DNA of 64,000 bases, from NCBI GenBank assembly GCA_963755825.1, contig CAVWLA010000003.1:1748240-1812239 (forward strand). Direction: 5' to 3'. Position 1 is the stretch's first letter. Every line of letters starts with the position of its first letter. The notes beneath the pieces were generated by a model. That model did no database searches. It saw only the letters and a program-made list of their open reading frames with translations, and was not told the origin of the DNA. Shown here piece by piece: positions 1 through 8,133 of this stretch. Source of the DNA: an uncultured Acidobacteriota bacterium (GTDB lineage Bacteria > Acidobacteriota > Thermoanaerobaculia > Multivoradales > UBA5704). The position numbers and the translations under genes are program-made.

Positions 1-87
1 CCGAAGCCCCGGAGACGAGGAGGGCGATGCGGTGCGGTCCGTCGCTCAAGGGAGGGATCTCAAGAGCAGGCGCTCAGGCGATGCCGC

Positions 88-1509
88 TCAATCGAGGTGG
101 AACTCCAGGTTGTAGGCGTAGCGGCCGCGCTGCACCACCAGCAGGAGGGTGCCGCGGTCGAAGCCGCGGAGGACCTCCTCGCCGAGCGCGTCGGGCTTGT
201 CGACGTCGCGGCCGTTGGCCTGCAGAATGGCGTCGCCCGCCCGCAGGCCGGTCTGCGCCGCGTCGCTGCCGGCGGCGACGCGAGCGATCGCCAGGCCGTC
301 GCGGCCGCCGTCGACGGAGAGGCCGACGCGCTCGGCGAGGATGCGCAAGCCGAGGTCGTGCGGCGGGTGGATGGGCGCCACCTTGAGGTCGAGGGTGCGG
401 CCGCCGCGCTGGACGCGGAGGGCGATCGGCGTCCCCTCGGGGAGCGAGTAGAGCGCCGTCGTGACGTCCTCGCGCGCCAGCACCGGCTGGCCCTGCACGG
501 CGACGATCTCGTCGTTCTTGGCGAAGCCCGCCTGCGCCGCCGGCGAGTCGGGGTAGACGCGGTAGACGAGGGCGCCGCGGGCGCTCGGCAGGTCGTCGCG
601 GCGGGCCTGCTCCGGGCTCACCGTCACCAGGCGGAGGCCGGTCCACAGCGGCCGCAGCTCGCCGAAGCGCAGCAGGTCCTGCACCACCCGGCGGGCGCGA
701 TCGGCGGGGATGGCGAAGCCGATGCCGTTGGCGCCGGAGACGATCGCGGTGTTGATGCCGATCACCTGCCCGGCGAGGTTGACCAGCGGGCCGCCGGAGT
801 TGCCGGGATTGATCGAGGCGTCGGTCTGCAGGAAGTCGGTGAAGACGCGCGCGCCGGCCTCCGAGGGGACGGTGCGGCCGCGCGCCGAGATCACCCCGGC
901 GGTCACCGAATGGGAGAGGCCGAAGGGGTTGCCGATGGCGACCACCGTCTCGCCGATCATCAAGTCGGCGGACGAGCCGAGCGGCACCGCCGGCAGGTTC
1001 TTGCCGGCGACCTTGAGGACCGCGAGATCGGCGTCGGCGTCGGAGCCCAGGACGGCGGCCTGCAGCTCGCGGCCGTCGAGCGTGGTGACGACGATCCGCG
1101 AGGCGCCGGCGACGACGTGGGCGTTGGTGACCACGATGCCGTTGGCGTCGACCAGGAAGCCCGAGCCGAGCGACTGCGAGCGGCGGGCCCGCGAGCCGAG
1201 GAGGCCGCCGAAGAAGGGGTCGGCCTCGCGGACGATCGACTCGGCGGAGACGTTGACCACCGACGGCGAGACCTTCTCGGCGACGGCGACGATCGGCGTC
1301 CGCCGGAGCTGCCGGGAGGCGGCATCGGCGGCGGGCGCCCGCGGCAGCACGACGGGCGGCGCCGGCGCGCGATTGGCGGCGGGCACCGCGACGGCCGAGC
1401 CACCGGCGTCGGCATCGAGGACGGCCGGGGAACGGAAGCGGAGGGCGGTCAGAGCGACGAGACAACCGGCGAAGAGGGCGAGCGGCAGCAGGAGGAGGAC
1501 GCGTCTCAT
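88..1509 (-). CDS. htrA: periplasmic serine endoprotease, DegP/DegQ/HtrA family
   Basis: 473-aa ORF. N-terminal hydrophobic signal/anchor (LLLLPLALFAGC). Trypsin-like catalytic Ser motif GNSGGPLVN. C-terminal PDZ-like regions. Typical HtrA architecture. Confidence 0.9.
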   Translation of the reverse strand: MRRVLLLLPLALFAGCLVALTALRFRSPAVLDADAGGSAVAVPAANRAPAPPVVLPRAPAADAASRQLRRTPIVAVAEKVSPSVVNVSAESIVREADPFFGGLLGSRARRSQSLGSGFLVDANGIVVTNAHVVAGASRIVVTTLDGRELQAAVLGSDADADLAVLKVAGKNLPAVPLGSSADLMIGETVVAIGNPFGLSHSVTAGVISARGRTVPSEAGARVFTDFLQTDASINPGNSGGPLVNLAGQVIGINTAIVSGANGIGFAIPADRARRVVQDLLRFGELRPLWTGLRLVTVSPEQARRDDLPSARGALVYRVYPDSPAAQAGFAKNDEIVAVQGQPVLAREDVTTALYSLPEGTPIALRVQRGGRTLDLKVAPIHPPHDLGLRILAERVGLSVDGGRDGLAIARVAAGSDAAQTGLRAGDAILQANGRDVDKPDALGEEVLRGFDRGTLLLVVQRGRYAYNLEFHLD

Positions 1510-1580
1510 GGCACCGCTATACTATCGTCCGGCCTCCCGGGAGCTGCCGGGGACCTCCCGCTCAAAAGGAGATTCCACCC

Positions 1581-3026
1581 GTGAACCTTCGCCCGGGCCT
1601 CGCGCTCGCCGCCTCGCTCACCCTGGCCGCCGCCGTCCCGGCCCTCGCCGCTCAGGGCGCCGCTCCCCCAGCCAGCGAGAAGCCCTCCGCAAAGCCCGCC
1701 GGCAAGCCTCCCGGTAAAACCGCCGGCCGCCGCGAGGCCGCCTTCCCCTACCCCATCCACCAGGCGAAGCTCGCCAACGGCTTGCGCATCGTCGTCGTCC
1801 CCTTCGACAGCCCGGGGATCGTCGGCTACTACTCGGTCGTCCGCACCGGCTCGCGCGACGAGGTGGAGGCCGGGCACAGCGGCTTCGCCCACTTCTTCGA
1901 GCACATGATGTCGCGCGGCACCGACCGCTACTCGAAGGATCAGTATTCGGAGCTCCTCGAGCGCATGGGCGCCGACTCCAACGCCTTCACCACCGACGAC
2001 TTCACCAACTACTACATCATCGGCCCGTCGGCGCGCCTCCCGACGATGATGGACATGGAGTCCGATCGCTTCAAGAACCTGAAGTACGCCGAGGACGCCT
2101 TCCGCACCGAGTCGCAGGCGGTGCTCGGCGAGTACAACAAGGGCGCCTCGTCGCCCTTCCAGCCGATGGAGGAGAAGCTGCGCGACCTCGCCTTCTCCGC
2201 CCACACCTACAAGCACACGACGATCGGCTTCCTCGCCGACGTGCAGGCGATGCCCGGCTACTACGACTACAGCCGCGGCTTCTTCGCCCGCTTCTACCGG
2301 CCGGAGAACGTCGTCCTGGTGGTCGCCGGCGACGTCTCGCCGGAGAAAGTCTTCGCCCTCGCCAAGCGCTACTACGGCGACTGGAAGCCGGGCTACCAGG
2401 CGCCGGCGATCGCGCCCGAGCCGGCGCAGACCGCGGCGCGCGAGGCGCACCTCGACTGGCCGAACCCGGGGCGGCCGCAGATGGTCCTCGCCTACCACAC
2501 GCCGGCCTTCTCGACCGCGACGCCGGACTCGGCAGCCCTCGACCTCATCGCCCAGCTGCTCTTCGCCGAGTCGTCGCCGCTCTACCAGGACATCGTCGTC
2601 AAGCGCCAGTGGGCGGACAGCCTGATGGGCGATGCCGACCCGCACCGCGACCCCTACCTCTTCACCGTCGAAGCCCGCGTGCGCTCGGCGGACCTGCTCC
2701 CCCAGGTGCAGCAGGCGGTCGAGGCGGCGCTCGCCGACCTCGGCAGCCACCCGGTCGACACGGCGCGCCTGGCGCGCGTCAAGTCGCACCTGCGCTACCG
2801 CCTCGCGCTGTCGCTCGACAGCCCCGCCGCCGTCGCCCGCGCGCTCGCCTCGGCGATCGAGCTGACCGGCGACCCGCAGGCGCTCAACCGCCTCTTCGAG
2901 CAGTACGACCGTGTCACGCCGCAGGACATCTCGCGGGTCGCCCGCCAGGTGTTCCGCCGCGACAACGAGACCCTGGTGACCCTGGCGCACCGCGCGGCGA
3001 CGGCGCCGGCGGCGGGAGGGAAGTGA
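1581..3026 (+). CDS. M16 family zinc peptidase (insulinase/pitrilysin-like), catalytic subunit
   Basis: GTG start preceded by AAAGGAG. Signal peptide. Inverted zinc-binding motif HxxEH present (HFFEH in GFAHFFEHMMSRGT). Confidence 0.9.
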   Translation: MNLRPGLALAASLTLAAAVPALAAQGAAPPASEKPSAKPAGKPPGKTAGRREAAFPYPIHQAKLANGLRIVVVPFDSPGIVGYYSVVRTGSRDEVEAGHSGFAHFFEHMMSRGTDRYSKDQYSELLERMGADSNAFTTDDFTNYYIIGPSARLPTMMDMESDRFKNLKYAEDAFRTESQAVLGEYNKGASSPFQPMEEKLRDLAFSAHTYKHTTIGFLADVQAMPGYYDYSRGFFARFYRPENVVLVVAGDVSPEKVFALAKRYYGDWKPGYQAPAIAPEPAQTAAREAHLDWPNPGRPQMVLAYHTPAFSTATPDSAALDLIAQLLFAESSPLYQDIVVKRQWADSLMGDADPHRDPYLFTVEARVRSADLLPQVQQAVEAALADLGSHPVDTARLARVKSHLRYRLALSLDSPAAVARALASAIELTGDPQALNRLFEQYDRVTPQDISRVARQVFRRDNETLVTLAHRAATAPAAGGK

Positions 3027-3028
3027 CG

Positions 3029-4594
3029 ATGAGCTCGCACGCCGGATCCGCCGCGCTCCGCGGCCCCCTCAGCCTGACCGTCCTCGCCGTCCTCACCGTC
3101 CTCGGCGGCCTCCTGCCGCCCGCGGCGCCCGCCGTCGCGGCTGCCAACCACCCGGCGGCGAGCCCGGCGGGCGGCCTCGTCACCCTGCCGAGCGCGGCGA
3201 CGCCGGTCGTCGCCATCCGGCTGGTCTTCGCCGCCGGCTCGATCGACGACCCGCCCGGCAAGGAGGGCCTCGCCCGCCTGACGGCGCGCATGGTCGCCGA
3301 CGCCGGCAGCGCGCGGCGCTCCTACAGCGAGGTGCTCGACGCCCTCTACCCGCTGGCGGCGTCGATCGGCGGCGAGGTCGACCGCGAGGTGACCGCCTTC
3401 AGCGGTCGCGTCCACCGCGACCGGCTGGACGAGTACACCGCCCTCTTCACGGACGCGCTCCTCCACCCCGGCTTCGCCGCCGCCGACTTCGAGCGCAACC
3501 GCGAGGAGCTCCTCGCCGAGCTCACCTCGAGCCTGAGGAGCGGCAGCGACGAGCTCCTCGGCCTCGAGGCGATCCAGGACCGCATCTTCGCCGGCCACCC
3601 CTACGGCCATCCGACGGCGGGGACGGTCGCCGGCCTGAAGGCGATCACCCTCGACGACGTCAGGGCCTTCCACCGCGCACACTACGTCCGCGCCCGCCTG
3701 CTCACCGGCGTCGCCGGCGGCTACCCGGCGGCGTATCCGGCGCGGCTCGCGGCGATCCTCGCGGCGCTCCCCGCCGGCGAGCCCGGCGCTGGCCGTCCGC
3801 CGCTGCCGCCGGCGCCACCGGTCGCGGGCCGGCGCTTCACCCTGATCGACAAGAAGACCGCCTCGGTGGGCATCGACCTCGGCTACCCGCTGGCGCTCGG
3901 CCACGCCGACCCCGACTACTTCGCCCTCCTGCTCGCCAACAGCTACCTGGGCGAGCACCGCACCGCGCACGGCCAGCTGATGAACGAGCTGCGCGCCAAG
4001 CGCGGCCTCAACTACGGCGACTACTCCTACATCGAGTACCGCGCCAACCCGCCGCGCACCTCGACGCCGGTGCCGGGGGTGCCGCGCCGCGAGCAGTTCT
4101 TCTCGGTGTGGATCCGGCCGGTGGCGCCGGAGAACGCCCGCTTCGCTCTGCGCGCCGCGCTCTACCAGGTCGAGCGGCTCCGCGACCACGGCATGACCGA
4201 GGAGCAGCTGGCGCTCACCCGCGACTTCGTCGTCAACTACGCCAAGCTCTGGGGGCAGACGCTCGAGCGCAGGCTCGGCTTCCTCATGGACAGCCGCTTC
4301 TACGGCACGCCGAGCTTCCTCGACGAGATCGCCGCCCGCGTCCCGAAGCTGACGCTCGACGAGGTGAACCGCGCCGCCAGGAAGTACCTGCAGACGGCCG
4401 ATCTCCAGGTGGTCATGGTCGCCGACCAGGCGGCCGACCTCAAGGCCGCCCTCGAGGCGGACGAGCCCAGCCCGAAGCAGTACAACGCCAAGGTCGACGA
4501 CGACGTGCTCGCCGCCGACAAGGAGTTCGTCGGCATGAAGCTCCACCCGGCGGCGGTCGACATCGTGCCGGTGGGCCAGATGTTCGAGCAGTAG
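3029..4594 (+). CDS. M16 family peptidase-like protein, probable non-catalytic partner
   Basis: ATG at 3029 (or GTG at 3023) overlaps or abuts the stop of the upstream M16 gene. Signal peptide. M16 fold-like sequence, but GLARLTARMV replaces the HxxEH motif. Paired M16 genes are a common arrangement. Confidence 0.85.
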   Translation: MSSHAGSAALRGPLSLTVLAVLTVLGGLLPPAAPAVAAANHPAASPAGGLVTLPSAATPVVAIRLVFAAGSIDDPPGKEGLARLTARMVADAGSARRSYSEVLDALYPLAASIGGEVDREVTAFSGRVHRDRLDEYTALFTDALLHPGFAAADFERNREELLAELTSSLRSGSDELLGLEAIQDRIFAGHPYGHPTAGTVAGLKAITLDDVRAFHRAHYVRARLLTGVAGGYPAAYPARLAAILAALPAGEPGAGRPPLPPAPPVAGRRFTLIDKKTASVGIDLGYPLALGHADPDYFALLLANSYLGEHRTAHGQLMNELRAKRGLNYGDYSYIEYRANPPRTSTPVPGVPRREQFFSVWIRPVAPENARFALRAALYQVERLRDHGMTEEQLALTRDFVVNYAKLWGQTLERRLGFLMDSRFYGTPSFLDEIAARVPKLTLDEVNRAARKYLQTADLQVVMVADQAADLKAALEADEPSPKQYNAKVDDDVLAADKEFVGMKLHPAAVDIVPVGQMFEQ

Positions 4595-4607
4595 GAGAGG
4601 TCTCGCC

Positions 4608-5114
4608 ATGGCCATGTTCGTCCACCTCGCGGATGCCCGCCAGCAGCGCTCGATCGAGCGCTCGGGGATCCGCCCCGCCGGCCGCCGCGGCGCCCCTGGA
4701 TGGGCCGTCTATGGAATGCCCGTCCTCGCCAACTACTTCGTCTCCCACCAGTGGCTTCGCGAGCTGAAGCGACGCGGCGCGAAGACCATCGTCGCCGTCC
4801 ACTTCCGCCTGCCGGACGAGGAGCCCGTCGTGGTCGGGTACTTCAATGTCCCCCACGAGGCGATGACCGCCGCGGCCGCCGTTCGCCGCGTCATGGACAC
4901 CGCGGACGCGCGCGGCTACGAGATTCTCGTACCGCGAAAGGTCGAGCCATCGGAAATCCACGCCATCCGGCCCGCCAACCAGGTCGTCGGCTGGCGCTAT
5001 TACCCCGGCGCTCACGGCCAGCGCATCTGCGGCTGCCCGGTCTGCGTGCCGCGCGGCAGCATCCGGTCGCGCCGCCTGCGCGACGCCTTCGAAGCGTCGA
5101 CGAGCCGGCCATGA
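4608..5114 (+). CDS. hypothetical protein, 168 aa, C-terminal CxC-x2-C cluster
   Basis: ORF starts 14 nt after the M16B stop. Its stop overlaps the next start (ATGA). Non-artefactual composition. C-terminal CGCPVCVPRG. No family recognised. Confidence 0.6.
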   Translation: MAMFVHLADARQQRSIERSGIRPAGRRGAPGWAVYGMPVLANYFVSHQWLRELKRRGAKTIVAVHFRLPDEEPVVVGYFNVPHEAMTAAAAVRRVMDTADARGYEILVPRKVEPSEIHAIRPANQVVGWRYYPGAHGQRICGCPVCVPRGSIRSRRLRDAFEASTSRP

Positions 5115-5716
5115 TCGCGCCCGCGCCCGTCACCCTCGAAGGCCATGGGTTGCGGCTGGAGCCGCTCGAGCCGGCGCACGAACAGGCTCTCGCCGCCGCC
5201 GCGGCCGACGGCCGGCTCTGGGAGCTGTGGTTCACCTCCGTCCCGGCGCCCGCGGAGACGGCCGTCTACATCGCCGACGCGCTCGCCGGCCAGCGGGCTG
5301 GGCACATGCTGCCCTGGGTGGTGCGCGAGCTCTCGACCGGCGCCATTGTCGGCACCACGCGGTACCACGACATCGTGGCGCCGATCGATCGGGTGGAGAT
5401 CGGCTACACCTGGTACGCCAAGCGGTGGCAGCGCAGCCACGTCAACACCGGCTGCAAGCTCCTCCTCCTCGCCCACGCCTTCGAGAGCCTGGGCTGCGGC
5501 GTCGTCGGCCTGCGCACGGACAACTTCAACTTCGCCTCGCAGAAGGCGATCGCCGGCCTCGGCGCCCACCGCGACGGCGTCATCCGCCACCACCAGGCGC
5601 GCCGCGACGGCACCGTCCGCGACAGCGTCATGTGGAGCATCCTCGCCACCGAATGGCGCGACGTGAAGCGCCACCTGACCGGCCGGCTGGCGCGCCACGG
5701 CGTGGGCGAGCGCTGA
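5111..5716 (+). CDS. GNAT family N-acetyltransferase (RimJ/RimL-like)
   Basis: The internal ATG at 5111 is in frame with track ORF 4700..5716. N-terminus LEGHGLRLEPLEPAHEQAL and the core RVEIGYTWYAKRWQRSHVNT..LLLLAHAFE are typical of RimJ/L-like GNATs. Confidence 0.85.
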   Translation: MIAPAPVTLEGHGLRLEPLEPAHEQALAAAAADGRLWELWFTSVPAPAETAVYIADALAGQRAGHMLPWVVRELSTGAIVGTTRYHDIVAPIDRVEIGYTWYAKRWQRSHVNTGCKLLLLAHAFESLGCGVVGLRTDNFNFASQKAIAGLGAHRDGVIRHHQARRDGTVRDSVMWSILATEWRDVKRHLTGRLARHGVGER

Positions 5717-5751
5717 CGGCGCGCCGGGCTCAAAGCGCAATACTTTCAATT

Positions 5752-5808
5752 ATTTGGAGCGCTCCCTCCCCCAGATCCTCCGCTTCGCTCAGGACGACCA
5801 TTTGGAGC
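5752..5808. repeat. short interspersed repeat of the ILRFAQDD / VILSEAKDL type, flanked by a 9-bp direct repeat
   Basis: ATTTGGAGC (5752-5760) and ATTTGGAGC (5800-5808) flank a 39-bp core. The core contains GATCCTCCGCTTCGCTCAGGACGAC (reverse complement GTCGTCCTGAGCGAAGCGGAGGATC). A 10-bp perfect palindrome GGAGCGCTCC lies at 5756-5765. The element sits in the convergent intergenic gap. Confidence 0.55.
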
Positions 5809-5856
5809 CCGTCGCGGGATGGGAACCACCGCAAACTTTGGCGAGCGCCCGATCCC

Positions 5857-8133
5857 TCACTCCTCCACCAAGCGGAAATACCGCACCGAAGCCCCCACCT
5901 CGACCTCACAACCCGCGGGCACGGCGAGCGCCTCGCCGCCGCGGCCGCGGACGGCGGCCGCCGGGCGGGGGAGGGTGGCGCGCGCGGCGCCCTCGACCGC
6001 CCAGCCGGCGACGGTCTCGCCGCCGTCCGGGCGGCGGAAGCGATAGAGGCGGACGGCGGGCGGCGCGGGGAGGATCTGCTCGAGGCGGCTGCCCTGCAGC
6101 TCGTCGACGAGAGTGCGGAGGGCGTGGAAGGCCGGCCGGCGGCGGGACGGGGCTCCCGGCACCGGCGCCAGGAGACCGTAGCCGCGCGCCGCCAGCTGCC
6201 ACCAGAAGACGGCCTCGACGAGGCCGGTGCCGAGGACCAGCAGGTAGTAGCGCGCCAGGTAGTCGGCCTGGGTCTCCTCGTCGACCGCGACGGCGCGGCC
6301 GGCGGGCGAGTGCGGCCCCTCCCAGAGCGGCCAGTTGACCTCGGTCACCCAGCAGCGGGCGGCGCCGCCCCCGGCGACGTTCGGCGCCGTCTCGGCGATC
6401 GCCTTCAAGAGCGCCACCTTGTCGACGGTGTCGAAGCCGGCCTGGCGGTTCTCCGGCGCTCCGCGGCGGTCGACGTAGAGAAGGGCGGAGACGCCGTCGA
6501 AGGCGAGGCCCGGCCGCCGCAGGTTGAGCACCGCGGCCGTCGCGTGGTACTCGAAGTCGATCACCGCCGGCCCGAGGATCTCGACCTCGCCCAGCCGGCG
6601 CAGGATCTCCATGGCGTCGCCGGCGAGCGCCAGGTACTCGCCGAGGTTCCAGATCCCCCACTTGCTGCGGTTGATGGCGTGGCCGATCTGGAAGCGGCGG
6701 CCGTACGGCAGGAAGCGGCTCCCCAGCTCCTCGACCGTGGCGCGCCAGCGGGCGGGGTCCTTCACCAGCTCGCGGTTCTGCGGCAATGCGAACGTCAGCT
6801 CGACGCCGGCCGCGGCGAGCGCGCCGGCGAGCGCCTCCTCGGCGGCGTGGTCGCTCGCCCAGGGGTGGAGGCGGAGGAGGACTTGGCGCACCCCCAGCTC
6901 GCGGACGGCGCCGAAGACCTCGCAGTCGGCACCCGGCGACGCCGGCCGCTCGGGATCGGGGCGCACGCCGAGGCCGAGGCCGGTGAAGGGGATCGGCGCG
7001 CCGCCGGGCGGGGCCTCCGCCAGGCCCCGGGAGATCTGCCGGTAGCGCGCCCAGATGCGCGGCGCCGCCCGCGCCACCACCGCGAGCTCGGCGAGGTGCG
7101 CCGGCGCGTCGGCGAGGCGGACCCCCAGCTTCTCGAGGCGGCCGGCGTGCTGATGCGGCTGGTCGGAGAGGGCGTCCCACACCGCCTTGTCGCGCGCCGC
7201 CGCCCCCGGCGCCGCCGGCGGGATGTGGGCGTGGGCGCGGCGCGGCAGCAGGGCGCGCAGGCGGGCGCGGCCGGCGCGCAGGCCGCGCTTGGCGTCGTTC
7301 TTGGCCAGGAAGGCGCGGCGGTAGATGGCGTAGAGCGACCGCCTGAGCGGCGTCGCGCCGCCCTCGCCCCAGTAGGCGGCGAGCAGCCGCTCGCGGTCCG
7401 CCGCCACGAAGAGGGCGAGGCGGCAGAGGTCGCGGCTGCGCTCGCTCACCGTCGGCACCCGCCCGAGCCGCGCCCGGTTGAGGTCGATCAGCGCCAGGTC
7501 GCGCGGGGTGATCGGGTCAAGCGGAATCGTCGGAGCAGGCTCGGCGCCGCCGGCGAGCGCCGCGGGGACGAGGACGTTGCCGCCGGAGAGGTCGCGGTGC
7601 CAGACGCCGGCGTCGTGGAGACGGCGAACGAGGACCCCCAGGGCGTCGACGAAGGCCGCGAAGTCGAGGCCGGGGTAGGCGGCGGCGAGGGTGCCGTCGT
7701 TCCTGGCGCGGAAGAGGTAGCGCGCCTCGACCGTCGCCGGCAGGTAGCGGCAGACGTAGAGGCAGGGGCCGCAGGGGCCCGTCGACTCGGCGACGAGCAC
7801 CGGCTCGGGGGTGGAGATGCCGGCGGCGGCGAGGGCGCGCGCCGCGTCGAAGCTCCGCGCCGCCTTGCTCGCCGGCCGCCGCCGCTCGCGCCGGCCGTCG
7901 CGGCGGAACTGCTTGACGACGACGTCGAACGGCCCCGCCGCGCCGCCCGCGAAGCGGGCGACGTAGAGGTAGTTGCGCCCCCAGTGGAGGGTCTTCCAAC
8001 CGGACGCTGGATCGGCGAGGCGCGCGATTTCAGCGGCGAGGGCGGTGGGCGCCGGAAAATGGCGGCGGACGATCCGGCCGGTCCAGCCGGGGACGGCGAA
8101 GGTCGCGAGGTCCGCCGGCTGCTCCCCCGGCAA
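5857..8133 (-). CDS. fusion protein: lipopolysaccharide kinase (Kdo/WaaP/RIO-like) N-domain plus TIM-barrel glycoside-hydrolase-like C-domain
   Basis: 758 aa. TTG start directly abuts the rng stop. The N-terminal ~250 aa carry VVKQFRR (ATP Lys) and a catalytic loop WHRDLSGGNVLV ... LIDLNRA. The C-terminal ~500 aa carry a clan GH-A-like WVTEVNWP (nucleophile-type TE.N) segment. Confidence 0.7.
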   Translation of the reverse strand: MPGEQPADLATFAVPGWTGRIVRRHFPAPTALAAEIARLADPASGWKTLHWGRNYLYVARFAGGAAGPFDVVVKQFRRDGRRERRRPASKAARSFDAARALAAAGISTPEPVLVAESTGPCGPCLYVCRYLPATVEARYLFRARNDGTLAAAYPGLDFAAFVDALGVLVRRLHDAGVWHRDLSGGNVLVPAALAGGAEPAPTIPLDPITPRDLALIDLNRARLGRVPTVSERSRDLCRLALFVAADRERLLAAYWGEGGATPLRRSLYAIYRRAFLAKNDAKRGLRAGRARLRALLPRRAHAHIPPAAPGAAARDKAVWDALSDQPHQHAGRLEKLGVRLADAPAHLAELAVVARAAPRIWARYRQISRGLAEAPPGGAPIPFTGLGLGVRPDPERPASPGADCEVFGAVRELGVRQVLLRLHPWASDHAAEEALAGALAAAGVELTFALPQNRELVKDPARWRATVEELGSRFLPYGRRFQIGHAINRSKWGIWNLGEYLALAGDAMEILRRLGEVEILGPAVIDFEYHATAAVLNLRRPGLAFDGVSALLYVDRRGAPENRQAGFDTVDKVALLKAIAETAPNVAGGGAARCWVTEVNWPLWEGPHSPAGRAVAVDEETQADYLARYYLLVLGTGLVEAVFWWQLAARGYGLLAPVPGAPSRRRPAFHALRTLVDELQGSRLEQILPAPPAVRLYRFRRPDGGETVAGWAVEGAARATLPRPAAAVRGRGGEALAVPAGCEVEVGASVRYFRLVEE

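Noticed and set aside
4608-5716. GNAT toxin/antitoxin (TacT/AtaT-like) module.
   Set aside because: The GNAT is a 201-aa RimJ/RimL-like enzyme, not the small toxin type. The upstream partner is 168 aa and has no RHH/DUF1778-like features.
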